A program made the position numbers and the translations under genes. Positions 12,419 to 25,848 of a DNA stretch of 64,000 bases are shown piece after piece. The DNA comes from Octopus sinensis. Its lineage: Eukaryota. The notes below the pieces were generated by a model that worked only from the letters and a program-made list of their open reading frames with translations, was not told where the DNA came from and searched no databases. How positions within the stretch are numbered: position 1 is the stretch's first letter; every line of letters begins with the position of its first letter. The stretch spans positions 13,578,001-13,642,000 of the forward strand of contig NC_042997.1 of NCBI RefSeq assembly GCF_006345805.1. Direction: 5' to 3'.

Positions 12419-12807
12419 GTGGAGGCGCAATGGCCCAGTGGTTAGGGCAGCGGACTCGCGGTCATAGGATCGCGGTTTCGATTCCCAGACCGGGCGTTGT
12501 GAGTGTTTATTGAGCGAAAACACCTAAAGCTCCACGAGGCTCCGGCAGGGGATGGTTGTGATCCCTGCTGTACTCTTTCACCACAACTTTCTCTCACTCT
12601 TACTTCCTGTTTCTGTTGTACCTGTATTTCAAAGGGCCGGCCTTGTCACTCTCTGTGTCACGCTGAATATCCCCAAGAACTACGTTAACGGTACACGTGT
12701 CTGTGGAGTGCTCAGCCACTTGCACGTTAATTTCACGAGCAGGCTGTTCCGTTGATTCGGATCAACCGGAACCCTCGTCGTCGTAACCGACGGAGTGCTT
12801 CCATCCA
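12419..12807 (+). mobile_element. SINE family C, full length
   Basis: GGCGCAATGGCCCAGTGG (A box) ... GGTTTCGATTCCC (B box); 12-bp TSD TGATATAAAGCT at 12407-12418 and 12808-12819. Confidence 0.93.
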
Positions 12808-13302
12808 TGATATAAAGCTACAACACTTCATAGCAATTATACCAGTCCCCGAAAAGAATACTTCTACACTCTTCCAAAGTCCCCACCTATCCCATCTGGT
12901 GTAAAGACCAGGTGTTGCAATTGTTTGTAATTCAAAGGGTCACGACAGTCACATATATTGCCAAAAAACACCTGAGAGATCGACATAGGGTGTGGGTGAA
13001 TATTTTCAAGAAATACCTTGATCTTTGCCGTGAAAGATCCCAGATGAACCTACATCACGGCATGACACTCAAAAGAAAGCAACATTATCAACTAAGCAGA
13101 AAACAACGTATGGATATCTTTCCACTACAATTCAACTATATATTTGTAAGTATTTACTGGACAGAACCCTATTAAAATTGTAAAATATTTTTAAAGCCGT
13201 AGTTATAAGAAATGTTATAGACAAAATCAATGGATCAACTAGCCAAAACTAAAAATAAACTAGTTAACAATAATTTGAAAATAAAAATGTTTTCCACTCC
13301 TT

Positions 13303-13535
13303 ATTTCTTTACTACCCACAAGGGGCTAAACATAGAGGGGACAAACAAGAACAGACAAACGGATTAAGTCGATTACATCGATCCCCCAGTGCGTAACTGG
13401 TACTTAATTTATCGACCCCGAAAGGATGAAAGGCAAAGTCAACCTCGGCGGAATTTGAACTCAGAATGTAACGGCAGACGAAATACGGCTACGCATTTCG
13501 CCCGGCGTGCTAACGATTCTGCCAGCTCGCCGCCC
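13303..13535 (-). mobile_element. SINE family B, full length
   Basis: Matches the 7890 units plus head; 12-bp TSD TTTCCACTCCTT at 13291-13302 and 13536-13547. Confidence 0.92.
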
Positions 13536-14286
13536 TTTCCACTCCTTGTTAATTCAAGCCCTTTGATTCTCGTGGCGGTTTAAACTCATAGTCTTTCGGT
13601 CCTATTGATGCCTTAACTTCAACCCTTCTTGCATCTTAAAAAAATGTTTTGGTAAATATATCGATCCTTATATTTAGACTAATGGCCATCTTCTAGACAT
13701 GTAATTGGCAAATGGTGGCAGTCATGCATTCAGTTTAGTCCTTTATGTGACGTAACATATGTATTTAAACGCAAATACAGACATATATAACACACTGGAA
13801 ACAACACACACACGCACGCACACACACACACACACACACCACCACCACCACTACCACAACTAAGATTACCGCCACCACATACATGTATATGCATAAATAC
13901 AGACGCATCATAACTCACACAAACACACATTTCCTTTCACAAACATACGTTCATTCACACTTAATATACATATCATAAAGAAAGAGACGGACAGACTAAA
14001 AGAGAATAGACAATACTATACAGAGATAAAGAGACAATCAGAAAGGAAAATCGACATAGTATCAAATATAGATCTGTCGATATTTATTCTGCCTACAACG
14101 GTCCTGCACAACTATCTTAACTATAAAGATATTTCCTTTATGTATCATCGGATATTCTAAAGATATCAAATACATTTCTGATCAATCCTTGGTTTAGTCA
14201 AATTGCTTTCAAGCCATTAACGGTCAGAGAACAAAAGATATATATATAATATATATATATATAGATATATATATATATATATATAT

Positions 14287-14333
<47 letters not shown>

Positions 14334-14869
14334 CAAATATTTTATACATATATGCACGTTCAGACATAAATTGTATAGTTGGGGGCATCAACTCTACACT
14401 TAAATATGTTATGTATTTATGTGCGGGAGTGTCGGAAAGGAGAGAGAAGAGAAAAGTTCGTATGTATGCCGGTGTACGTATAAAACATGCATATATATGT
14501 TTATGTGACATATGTATATACATGTGTGTGTGTGCGAGTGCGTTTGTGTGTCTGTGTATAATATATGTAATATATATGTACACACATACACACATACACC
14601 ACACACACATATATATATATATATATATACATAGTTAGATAAACAGAGAGACAGAGACACAAGACCGTTTAACAGACAGGCAAATATAGTAATGCATATA
14701 CATGCAATTGCATATATGTACATTTGCATACATAAATGTGTACGCATGTGTTAGGATGTTTGTGCATGTTTGTATATGATATATATTATAAATAATATGT
14801 ACATACAAATTCACGTTATGTAAGTGTATTATATTCCATATACAATGTAAATTATATATAATATAATAT

Positions 14870-14872
14870 GTT

Positions 14873-14925
<53 letters not shown>

Positions 14926-14935
14926 GAGATAGAAT

Positions 14936-15000
<65 letters not shown>

Positions 15001-15074
15001 ATTGATTGATTGATGATATATATATATGATAGATAGATAGATTGATTGATATATATTATAGATAGATAGATAGG

Positions 15075-15107
<33 letters not shown>

Positions 15108-15134
15108 CATACATAGATACATAGATACATAGAT

Positions 15135-15226
<92 letters not shown>

Positions 15227-15230
15227 ATGG
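14870..15230. repeat. Compound (TA)n/(GA)n/(GATA)n microsatellite, one of dozens in the window
   Basis: Direct reading; the source of the LSIY-type ORFs. Confidence 0.95.
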
Positions 15231-15904
15231 AGAGGGAGAGAGAGATTCATGCTTGAGTGTATTTGTGTGCGGTTGCATATACTGCGTACACATACATGAA
15301 TTACATGCACATATTTGTGTGTATGTGTGAATGTGTTTGCTTATATAACTGTAAATACCGTAGTTATATTTTTATCTGAACAATCACCCATAAATGTTGT
15401 ATACTTTTAAATGCCTATACACCCATGCGATGTTATAAATAAATATGTGGTGCTATATATATCTTAAGTCCAAATGTATGAATGAGTGGGTATTTGTGTT
15501 TGCTTTTGTACGTCTGTGTGTACGAATGCGTGTTCATATCTATAACACATCCAAGTATGCGGGGATAGAGACTGGAATGAGTGTGGTGATTCTGTCTCTG
15601 CGTGTATGCCTCAGTGTGTGCCCTGAGAAACTGAGAAACTGAGAAACAATAAAAGCAAGACAACATATATATATATATATATTCACACACATACACGTAT
15701 ACCCTCACATACATACATACAGAAAATAAAAACAAGAGACAAAGGGCAGGGAGGCAAAGAAGGGGACACGTCGTTTAATATAAATGGAGGTTATAATAAT
15801 AGTAAAAAAGGAAGAGAAAAAAATACATCATAAGATTTTTGCCAAAGAACTACGACGATAACTATTTTTGACAATACCTATATTTTTGGTTTATTTTCTC
15901 CCAG

Positions 15905-15995
15905 TCGTTCATTGAGGCTTTCAATAGACCGATACCGTTTCATCTTTTAACACAACCACAAAAGCAAGCGATCTGGAAGGGAAGACAGGGAACCG
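15905..15995 (+). CDS. Gene 1 exon 2: SFIEAFNRPIPFHLLTQPQKQAIWKGRQGT
   Basis: tttattttctcccag acceptor, CCG|gtgaga donor; 91 nt, only phase 0 open, ends phase 1. Confidence 0.72.
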
Positions 15996-16532
15996 GTGAG
16001 AAGCATTGGAATTTTAGCACGATCTTCGCAAGCAGTGCAATTACTAGACAATAGAAAATAATTACTTCTATCTTCTTTTGGCAAAACGTTTATTCTTTCG
16101 TTGTTTTATAGTTTGTTTGTTGTTATCGTTTTTTTTCTCTTCTATAATTCTATGTATTGCATTTTTTTTTTTTAGGAATTTTTTTTTATCATTTTTCTTT
16201 ATTGTACTGGAGAGAGAAAGAAAATGAAAGAAAAGGGGAGAAATGTTAAGGAAAGGTGAAAGTATATGAAAAGAAAATAGTTGCAATAAAACAGATGGTT
16301 TCCACTATCCTCATCTAAAACTACGTGTATTCGTATGCCTTTATGCATATATGATTTGTGTGTGACTTTCCTATTCTCTTTCTTTCTCATCTCCGCCCGC
16401 TACCATTCTTTCGCTATCTTTCTTTTTACAGTACATTTATACCTACATATACCATATACATATATACGTGACTATACACAACATACATGTCTATCTCTCT
16501 CTCTCTCTCTCTCTCTCTGATATATATATCTA

Positions 16533-16570
<38 letters not shown>

Positions 16571-16790
16571 TTACATTGCGTAAGTATATAGATCCATTAC
16601 TTACATATGTGTGGTGGTGTGTGTGTTAGTGTATAAGGGATGAATATATGAATATTTTCAAATGGCAAACGAATTTTCTCGCGCAATTATATCTACGAGT
16701 AACACATACACATACAACATACATGCACAAATATATATGCACATACATAGAGGTACACATGTATACGCACGCGCACATACACATACCGTG

Positions 16791-16822
<32 letters not shown>

Positions 16823-16856
16823 TATAATTAGATATATATATAATACATATATATAC

Positions 16857-16897
<41 letters not shown>

Positions 16898-17882
16898 CAG
16901 ATATAAATATATATATATAGATATATATATATACATATAGATATATATATATATTATATATCATATGATATATATATATATATTATATATATATATATCT
17001 ATTATATTATTATTATATATATGATACTATATTATATATTCATCTTCTTAAAAACAAGCTATAAATAAAGACATACATTTTGAAAAAAATATATATTGAA
17101 AGAACTGCAGCTCCGATATGAATTGCTTTTGTGAGAAACAATTTTGATTTTTTTATTTATATTTATTATTTGGCTTCGATTTTTCTGTAATTTGAAACAT
17201 GTGCTTCCAGTGTTAGAACACATCTTTGATATGAGGCAAAAAAATGCTTAAATATGAGAGGAAATACGTTATATGATGGACACTATTCATTTCAATAAGT
17301 GAAATTTAATAGCTTACAAGCAATAGTGTTTTTATATACTTTATCTCTATTATAAAGGAGAACACAAGATTATTGAGTGTAGTCTAAAGCAATCACAATA
17401 AAACAGAATAAAGGAAGTACTGGTAGTCGTCAAAACAAGTTTTACGATCATCATAAATAGACAAACGAATATTTGACCGGAAATTGTCAATATTTTGTTG
17501 CAAGTTGATGTCTGGAATTGAAAATGAAAGAAATTGATTCTTTCCCGAATAAAATTCACTGGTGTTGCATTCAAGATTAAACAACAAATGAAAATATTTT
17601 TAAAAAATAGTAAATAGCATGTTTGCGTATTATCCATGCATATTTATATCTGTTCATATAAATATATACCATTTCGACTGTGACGCACACGAGATTTGCA
17701 TGCTGGCAAATGCAAGGATGATGCCAATAGCATCTAATGAGGTGAAGGTTCTACGCGCCTACAAAACTTCAATTAATGTATAACTGCGTTAAATAGTAAT
17801 TAAAATTATATATGTCACTCCTACCAATTTTTTGTCTGCTATTTGTCTGCTTTTGTTTATCATGTCACACGTATACATATAA

Positions 17883-17914
<32 letters not shown>

Positions 17915-17974
17915 GCACACACACACACATACATATATATATATACACATACATGCGTATATACATATACATAG

Positions 17975-18086
17975 CGAGAATTCACAAAAAAAAACAAAAG
18001 ACGAATTCAAGTGGTGTAGACAATAAACAGATGAATTAGTTTAACGCTCGAGAAGTGAAAAAGTCTTTAACGTTTCGAGCCTACGT
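17975..18086 (-). mobile_element. PLE terminal-repeat-like fragment
   Basis: Minus strand GTAGGCTCGAAACGTTAAAG is the 3' half of a hammerhead (5' core missing); lies next to microsatellite. Confidence 0.4.
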
Positions 18087-18963
18087 ACTTATATAAATAT
18101 AAATATATGCATTCATACATGTGTGTGTGTGTGTGTGGTGTGTGTGTGTGTGTGTTGTGTGTGTGTGTGTGTGTGTAATGAAATTAACATAGTTCAGAAG
18201 AACGGAGATTTACACATCCGCATTCTATAATACAGTTATTGCAGCATTCTTCCCTTGGACTTAAGCATGTTACGGATGCCACCGATGCCCCACTGTTATG
18301 TGTGTATCTTGGTATTAATTGTCGGTGCAGCATTTTGAGGTTCTGTTGTTTGCTGCCGTTCGAAGGTCATCTGAAGAGAACTTGTAGACTGACCGAATAG
18401 GAGTGTTTAAGGAAATGATGGTGTTGCTATAAATAGCTATATTTCCTCGTGACATGAAAATTACCTCGGCCAGTTAGGTATTTATTGATGGGTTTGGTCT
18501 TTAAAAAGATCATGGTTTTTATGGGTACCTTAGTATTATAGTCCAGCTAACATTCTACAAATTAGAAGAGTATTCTTATTTTTTGATGTATTCAATACAT
18601 TTCTGATTTATTATTTATTATATTTTTAGTTATTAATCTATAGTTTTATCATTTCCTTTTTATATCATATTAATTTATATATCCTGCTTATAGTTAATTT
18701 TATTAAACGAAGTCTTACTCTTCAATTCTTAGCTTTATTTTTGAAGTCCACTTAATTCCAGTTAATTATTAGTTTTTTAATTTACTTAATTCTTATTCTA
18801 ATTCCAGTAGTTTGTGTAATACATTTACTTAAACATCTTAAAGGTATATTGAGATGTATGTACACATCTTAAACCGCATTCTTGCCTATGGTTTTCCAGA
18901 TTACATTTTTAATGTAAAAATTATGTGTGTGTGTGTGAGCGTATACGTGTATGTGAGTGTGCA

Positions 18964-19009
<46 letters not shown>

Positions 19010-19035
19010 CGTGTGTGTCTTGTGTCATTGTGACT

Positions 19036-19228
19036 GTGTTTCTTCACCACCACTGCTTGTCAACCAGTGCTGGTGCGTTTAACTTAGCAGTTCAGTAAAG
19101 TCACCGATAGGATAAGTACCAGGCATAAAAACAGTACTGGGGTTGATTCATTCGACTAAAAATACTCCAAGGCGTTGCCCCAGTATGACCGCAGTCTAAT
19201 CAGTGAAACAAGTAAAACATAAAAGATA
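19036..19228 (+). mobile_element. SINE family A, 3' half, diverged
   Basis: TGCTTGTCAACC.GTGCTGGTG...GATAAGTACCAGG...ATGACCGCAGTC...GAAACAAGTAAAA. Confidence 0.75.
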
Positions 19229-19404
19229 GAAACTTCACACAAACATATATAGAAATATAACTATCTATACACACATACATACATACATACATTTACATAC
19301 ATATATGGCTTGGCAGAGGGGGGTGCAGTTCTTATACTCTTACCCAAAAGCGTGCCTATGTGTGTGAGTGTGTGTGTATGTGTGTGTGTGTAAGCGTGTG
19401 CGTG

Positions 19405-20125
19405 TGTAGTATCCATGATGGCGGTGAAGAAATGTGTAGGTGGATGATCAGGCGGTAGATGAAGAAAACGAAGAAGAGGGAAACAGGTGCTGCCAAGAAG
19501 GTGGGTCTGAGAAAGAAGATTCAAAAGCATACCGATTTCGTAAAATAACTAATCATTGCTTTGAATGCACACCGATTATTGAACGGTGTCAGCTCTACTA
19601 GTCCTTGAGTAAAAAGTTATGTGTAAGGGAGGTAAGTAGTTCTGGATTAGGGCAGAAATAGATCTGTAATGTGAATGGTGTATGGGGTGTATTGGGGTTA
19701 GTGGTATTAATTGAAAGTTTAGTAGTGTTCTGTATTACGTTATGTGTTCAGATTGAGTTGTGAAAGATATTTATTGATGAAAGTTGCCGCTTTATTCATT
19801 CTTTGTTGTACTGAGATGCTCTGTGAACATTGATAGAAGGGGAAAATTAGGAAATTAGGATTAAGATTCCTAGCACACCTTTCTCTGTGTTCCCTGTCCT
19901 GTGTCTGTCTGTATTGTGGATGGCGGATTTGTTCTATGTGAAGAGTGGTTCTTCGACGGAGTGATATTCCTGTTTGGCCAATATAATTATTACCACACCC
20001 TAAGCATGTAAAGGCATATATTATATTTTCCGAGGCATAGGTGAAATTTGATTTAATCTTAATTATTTCACCCACCAAAGGTGGGGGCATGTACCACAGT
20101 TAGGTCGACCACATTTTTTCATTTT
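19405..20125 (-). mobile_element. Penelope-like element 3' remnant with GIY-YIG endonuclease
   Basis: KKCGRPNCGTCPH, then NIIYAFTCLGCGNNYIGQTGISLRRRTTLH...FINKYLSQLN (ORF 19740-20090); hammerhead motif ~170 nt past the stop. Confidence 0.85.
19519..19566 (-). ncRNA. Minimal type I hammerhead ribozyme motif (A3-U8 variant)
   Basis: ATTCAAAGCA-ATGATTA-GT tatttt AC-GAA-ATCGGT-A/TGCTTTTGAAT: 10-bp stem I with one bulge, near-palindromic stem III, GUA site. Confidence 0.65.
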
Positions 20126-20626
20126 GGTTCTGTCGTTAATGGATATAGTCTTGTGTATATATACATATATACCTATATCTGAATGTGTGTGTGTGTTTGT
20201 GCTTGTGTGTGTGCGCGCGCAAGTGTGTTTGAGTGTGTGGGGTGTATGTGTGTCTTTGTGTTTGTGCCCACTACAGTTGAAAACCGGTGTTCGTTTGTTT
20301 ACTTTCACATAACATAGATTCATGCAAAAGACCGATAGGATAAGTATGAAGGCGATGCTGCAGTTTGGCCGCAATGCAATGATAAAAAAGATAAAAGATA
20401 GGTAGATCGCTCGATCGATCGATCGATAAATAGAGAGATAGATAGACAGAGAGAGACTGATCGATTGATTGATTGATCGGATTATATATAATATAAGCAT
20501 ATATAACATATATATCCCCATCGATTAATCAAATAATATATGTATATATGTATTTTCTCGCTCTCTCACTATCATCCGCACTCACACTCTCTACATACAT
20601 ACATATATGTGTGTGTATGTGTGTGT

Positions 20627-20668
<42 letters not shown>

Positions 20669-21349
20669 GTGTATAATTAAGATTCCGTTAAATTAGGTAC
20701 TTATATTGAGGCACCTTGCTAGGTCGGTATAATCCGCACACCCAAGCAATATTAATTGAATATTGACTATCAAAGCAACGTACAGGGGTATTTGTACCTG
20801 ATATTCCTGTTGTATGTGCACACAACGCAACCCAGCTAAGATATCCGCCCTTGGTAATCATTCATGTACTTCTTATAAAGGTATTTTCTATAATATATCC
20901 GAAGTGCAGATTCCAAGTTAAGTGAACAAAATATAAATGAATATCAAAGATGTACAGGTGTCAATTTAGTACGGCTGTTTCAAGCGACTCCTTTAAGTGA
21001 TTAATGAAAACATCATTTGAAAGAAGCCGTTCTTATCAGATAACCGCATAGATTTCAGACATAATGAAAAATAATTTCTTTAACATATTCACATCAATAA
21101 TGGAACGCAAAATATTTACATTGTTTCTTTTGTCTTATCAATGGCAGAATGCTGATCCTTTAAATTCATTTATGCGTGAAGTTTTTGGATGTGCTCATAA
21201 AAAGCTCCTATGCTATATATATTGGATACCGCTTATTATTCCCATCTTCCAGTGGAATTTTACTGGATGGCTATCAGTTTGCTGCCACTATAGCGTAGGA
21301 TGAGTATATGAATAACGAGAACTTTGGTTAGAAATTCATGAACTTTCTT

Positions 21350-21605
21350 TTATCTCTTTTTTCTCTTTTACTTGTTTCAGTCATTTGACTGCGGCCATGC
21401 TGAAGCACCGCCTTTAGTCGAGCAATCGACCCCAGAACTTATTCTTTGGAAGCCCAGTACTTTTCTATCGGTCTCTTTTTGCCGAACCACTAGGCTACGG
21501 AGACGTAAACACCACCATCGGTTGTCAAGCGATGTTGGGGACAAACAACAGACACAAAAACATATACACATACATACATACATACATACTACATACATAC
21601 ATACC

Positions 21606-21667
<62 letters not shown>

Positions 21668-21838
21668 ATATATACATACATATATACGACGGGCTTCTTT
21701 CAGTTTCCGTCTACCAAATCCACTCACAAGGCTTTGGTCGGCTCGAGGCTATAATCGGAGACACTCGTCCAAGGAGCCACGCAGTGGGCCTGAACCCGGA
21801 ACCGTGCAGTTGGTAAGCAAGCTACTTACCACAGAGCC
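21350..21838 (-). mobile_element. SINE family A, full length
   Basis: Collinear with 11164-11573, with an expanded internal microsatellite. Confidence 0.9.
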
Positions 21839-23010
21839 ATTATAATACATTGCTACATATGTTTCCACTAATCACATGCTTTGTTGTTGCATTCCTTATC
21901 CATAGGATATTACATAAATGATCTGCAATATCCATGATTTTAAGGGGAACAATTAAATACAGGTGTTCTTTTCTTCAGGTAAAAAATTGCGTTAGTGTTC
22001 AGGTTGTATCGAATGATTAGCTAAGGGATATTTACCAATTTACACCAATCAGGTTTTGTGTGTGTTATGGGCGGGCTCCGTAAATACTTTGACTAATCAC
22101 ACAGATACAATATGGATGGGTGGGTGTAGGTAGTTTTACTTTGTATTTAGATTTATGAAAGTAGGCGTTTGTGGATAGGAAGAAGAAAAGGTAGAGAAGA
22201 ATTATATAATATAAGAAGAGAGAATGAATTTCTTTGTTTTGATTTCAGTGTTTATGCGCCGTGAGTGGGGAAGATTGAACTCCGATCCTGGCAGGGGTTT
22301 ATATTAATGATTTTTACAAGCTGTAGGAGAAGGAAGAACATTTTCTTTACATGTTATCAGTTCGTGATTTCTAGTCTGGCGTCAGTTAAGGCGGAGAATG
22401 GAATTACCTAGGTATCATCAAGTATTTCACATGGTCCCCTGCTGTTCTGTCAAAGTTATTGCTTAAATAAGTGTGCCATTTATTAGTGATGTTAATCTAC
22501 ATTCGTTGTTAGTTTTATTTTTCCGTATAGCGAGCATATTTGTCTAGTATTATTTTTAATGAAAACACTGACGTGTACATGATTTATGTTCTGGCCCTTG
22601 ATATTTATGCTCCGTTATGCTAGAATTTCCTTGTAATAAATCTTTTTCAATATATATGGTCTCTATTGTTTATCTCATTCTACTGTTTTGTTTGATACTA
22701 ACGTTAGTTAGTTAGTTAGTTAATTTTTTGGCTCAAAAAGCAAAAAGCAAGGCCATAGTTAGCGTTTGTCTATTCCACTACCAGGAAGGATTTTTTTTAT
22801 TGTAATATCCTATGGATGAGCAATGCAACAACAAAACGTCTGGTTTTTGAAAAGTTACGTAACAGTGCATTAACGGATTTATAAATCTCCACCCAAAGTT
22901 CTCGTTACACATACACACACACACACACTCACACACACTCACACACACACATGCACACACACACACACATGTACATATATAGAGAGATAGAGATAGACAG
23001 AGAGACTGAC

Positions 23011-23056
<46 letters not shown>

Positions 23057-23266
23057 GTTTCTTTATTGGCCACACATGGCTGCACACAGATGGGACAAGT
23101 TACAAGGTAGAGCTTTTCTTTTGGGGGATGAAAAAAACAAAAAACAAAAGAAACAAAAAAAAGGGTTGGCGTAGGTTTTCAATCAACAGGGATCGTAAAA
23201 GGGAAGAAAAGAACAAAAAAAAATCAAATTAAAAAAATAAAAATAAAAATAAAAAATGAAGAAAAG

Positions 23267-23298
<32 letters not shown>

Positions 23299-23299
23299 T

Positions 23300-23389
<90 letters not shown>

Positions 23390-23396
23390 GGGTTAC

Positions 23397-24569
23397 GGAT
23401 CTTTTCATTTCCAAGGCCTGTTTTTCAGATTTTTCATACTTAACCAAACAATTTGAAACTTCGTATACTGGTAGAATTTGTCAAAAGAAAACATAATTGT
23501 AAACCAGAATGAAAACGGAATTGTAATTTCAAAGTTTAACGTTGTTTAATAATTAGAATTTTAACCAATAGTATTCGGTCTTTCGGCTTCATATTATTTA
23601 CTCCGTCTCAATAGACGTAAACGTCTATTTTGCTGACGTATTTAACATACGTGAAATGTAAACACCCGGTTACCGTATTCCTTCAGTTTCTATTCACATT
23701 TTTTTATATATTATTAACTAACTTATATATTAAATTTATATGTTATATAACTAACTTAGTTTTTGTAAATTTTCGTATATTTTTTGTGATTTTTATTCCT
23801 TACTTTATTCGTGTAACTTTTATTTCTGTAGCTTTTTATCTTTGGCAATCTTTCGTATGTGTGTGTATGTATGTGTGTGTGTGTGTGTATGTATGTATGG
23901 CCGATTCGGTGTTTACATTATTTCGAGTTAAAACGAAAGATTATCTTTGCTATGTAGAAAATAATGAGGTTGACTCAATGGAATAATGACAGTGATCGAA
24001 GATATAGACAAAATTTCTTTTGGTAACTTTTCATTTTAACTCGAAATAATGTAAACACTGAATCGGCCATACATACATACACACACATACATACACACAC
24101 ATACATAGATATATACACACACACACACATACATGCATACATACATATACACATACACCGAGTAAAAAATTTCAGTTATCTCTCTCTTTCACACATTACT
24201 CTCTCTGTCTCTTCACACACACTAACAGAAGTACTTCACTTACACAACATACTTTCTGTCTCCCACACCCCATCAAACACACACACACGCACACTAAACA
24301 CGGACCTACGCGCAGCTGTCTACGTCACAAAATAGCTTTCTACGTCACACTAAGATAATGCAGCTAATTATTTCAAATGAAAACAAACAATACGATTGGT
24401 TAAAATTCGCAGATTTAATCTACCCTTAAAATTATAAAATACATTTTTCTCAAATAAACAAGTTGAAACTAGTGTTTTCTTTTGAGAAGCTCTATCAGTA
24501 TACGAAGTTTCAAATTATTTAGTTAACTAGAAAAATCTGACAAAACAGGCCTTGGAAATGAAAAGATCC
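23397..24569. mobile_element. Non-autonomous DNA transposon (MITE-like): ~110-bp imperfect TIRs, 8-bp TSD
   Basis: Ends GGATCTTTTCATTTCCAAGGCCTG... / ...CAGGCCTTGGAAATGAAAAGATCC; TGGGTTAC at 23389-23396 and 24570-24577. Confidence 0.88.
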
Positions 24570-24886
24570 TGGGTTACTAATTCATTGTAGATACTTAGTT
24601 TACGTACTATATTTTGGCGGTCACGTACTGTGACGTCGCTCCATTATAGTGATTAGTACAGTTATACTTTTGCAGCAGACGTGGCGTCCGAATTCCGCAG
24701 ACGATGATACGACCTTTTCCATAAACATATTCTCAATTGAACCAAACTATGTACAAGATTGGTACTTACGTCATTAGATTATAAATGGATTAAATACAAC
24801 ACTCACGATTCACCATTTGAGTAGAAGAGTAGAGTCGCTATCTGGTCGTTCAAGCTACTTAACGTGGCACCCTTTATATAACCCTT

Positions 24887-25276
24887 GTGGGGGCGCAATG
24901 GCCCAATGGTTAGGGCAGCGGACTCGTGGACATAGGATCGCGGTTTCGATTCCCAGACCGGGCGTTGTGAGTATTTATTGAGCGAAAACACCTAAAAGCT
25001 CCACGAGGCTCCGGCAGGGGATGGTGGTGATCCCAGCTGTACTCTTTCACCACAACTTTCTCTCACTCTTATTTCCTGTTTCTGTTGTACCTGTATTTCA
25101 AGGGGCCGGCCTTGTCACTCTCTGTGTCACGCTGAATATCCCCGAGAACTACGTTAAGGGTGCACGTGTCTGTGGAGTGCTCAGCCACTTACACGTTAAT
25201 TTCACGAGCAGGCTGTTCCGTTGATTCGGATCAACCGGAACCCTCATCGTCGTAACCGACGGATTGCTTCCATCCC
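24887..25276 (+). mobile_element. SINE family C, full length
   Basis: Near-identical to 12419-12807; imperfect TSD ATAT(A/C)ACCCTT. Confidence 0.92.
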
Positions 25277-25664
25277 ATATCACCCTTTATATCAGACGCC
25301 CAACCATATTTAAAGAGAAAGGTAATATTGGAAAATGTAACCCTCTATTCTCTCGATAGATATAAAAGAGTGATGATCACGACAGGCCTGCCTTTGATTA
25401 TAAATCACCTTGATCAAAGCTGACGTGAAACTGAACAATATACGAAAAGTAAGAAAACTTAAGCAATACAAGTACTATTTTAGTCTGGTTTTCTCTTATC
25501 TTAGATAACGAAACTGCCCTGCTATTGAAATCATTTCTCCGTTTTTCATAATTACTTTGATCATTGTCATTTGCTGTTGCCTTTTTCTGTATTTTTTATC
25601 AATCACGTGTATCATGTTATTATCAATTGCACCTGATTTCTTTTAACAATTACCAGAGTTCATT

Positions 25665-25667
<3 letters not shown>

Positions 25668-25761
<94 letters not shown>

Positions 25762-25770
25762 ATTATTATC
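25668..25770. repeat. (AAT)n directly followed by (ATT)n
   Basis: Direct reading. Confidence 0.9.
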
Positions 25771-25817
25771 ACTGTTATTGCTGTTGTTGCTATTAATATT
25801 ACTAATAATTACTATCA

Positions 25818-25848
<31 letters not shown>

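Noticed and set aside
12419-12495. tRNA gene calls at SINE heads
   Set aside because: A/B boxes are present, but no complete acceptor stem and they run into SINE bodies with TSDs
11834-12755. Recurrent ORFs such as MFSLNKHSQRPVWESKPRS and MVVIPAVLFHHNF (also at 24803-25224)
   Set aside because: SINE family C sequence; they recur because the SINE recurs
12200-13200. Possible LINE debris hosting the SINE C insertions; similarly 26290-26700
   Set aside because: No diagnostic motif that I can read with confidence
21950-22450. Possible very old PLE 3' end with a CTGAAGAA seed on the minus strand
   Set aside because: GAAA half is missing and protein similarity is too faint to support
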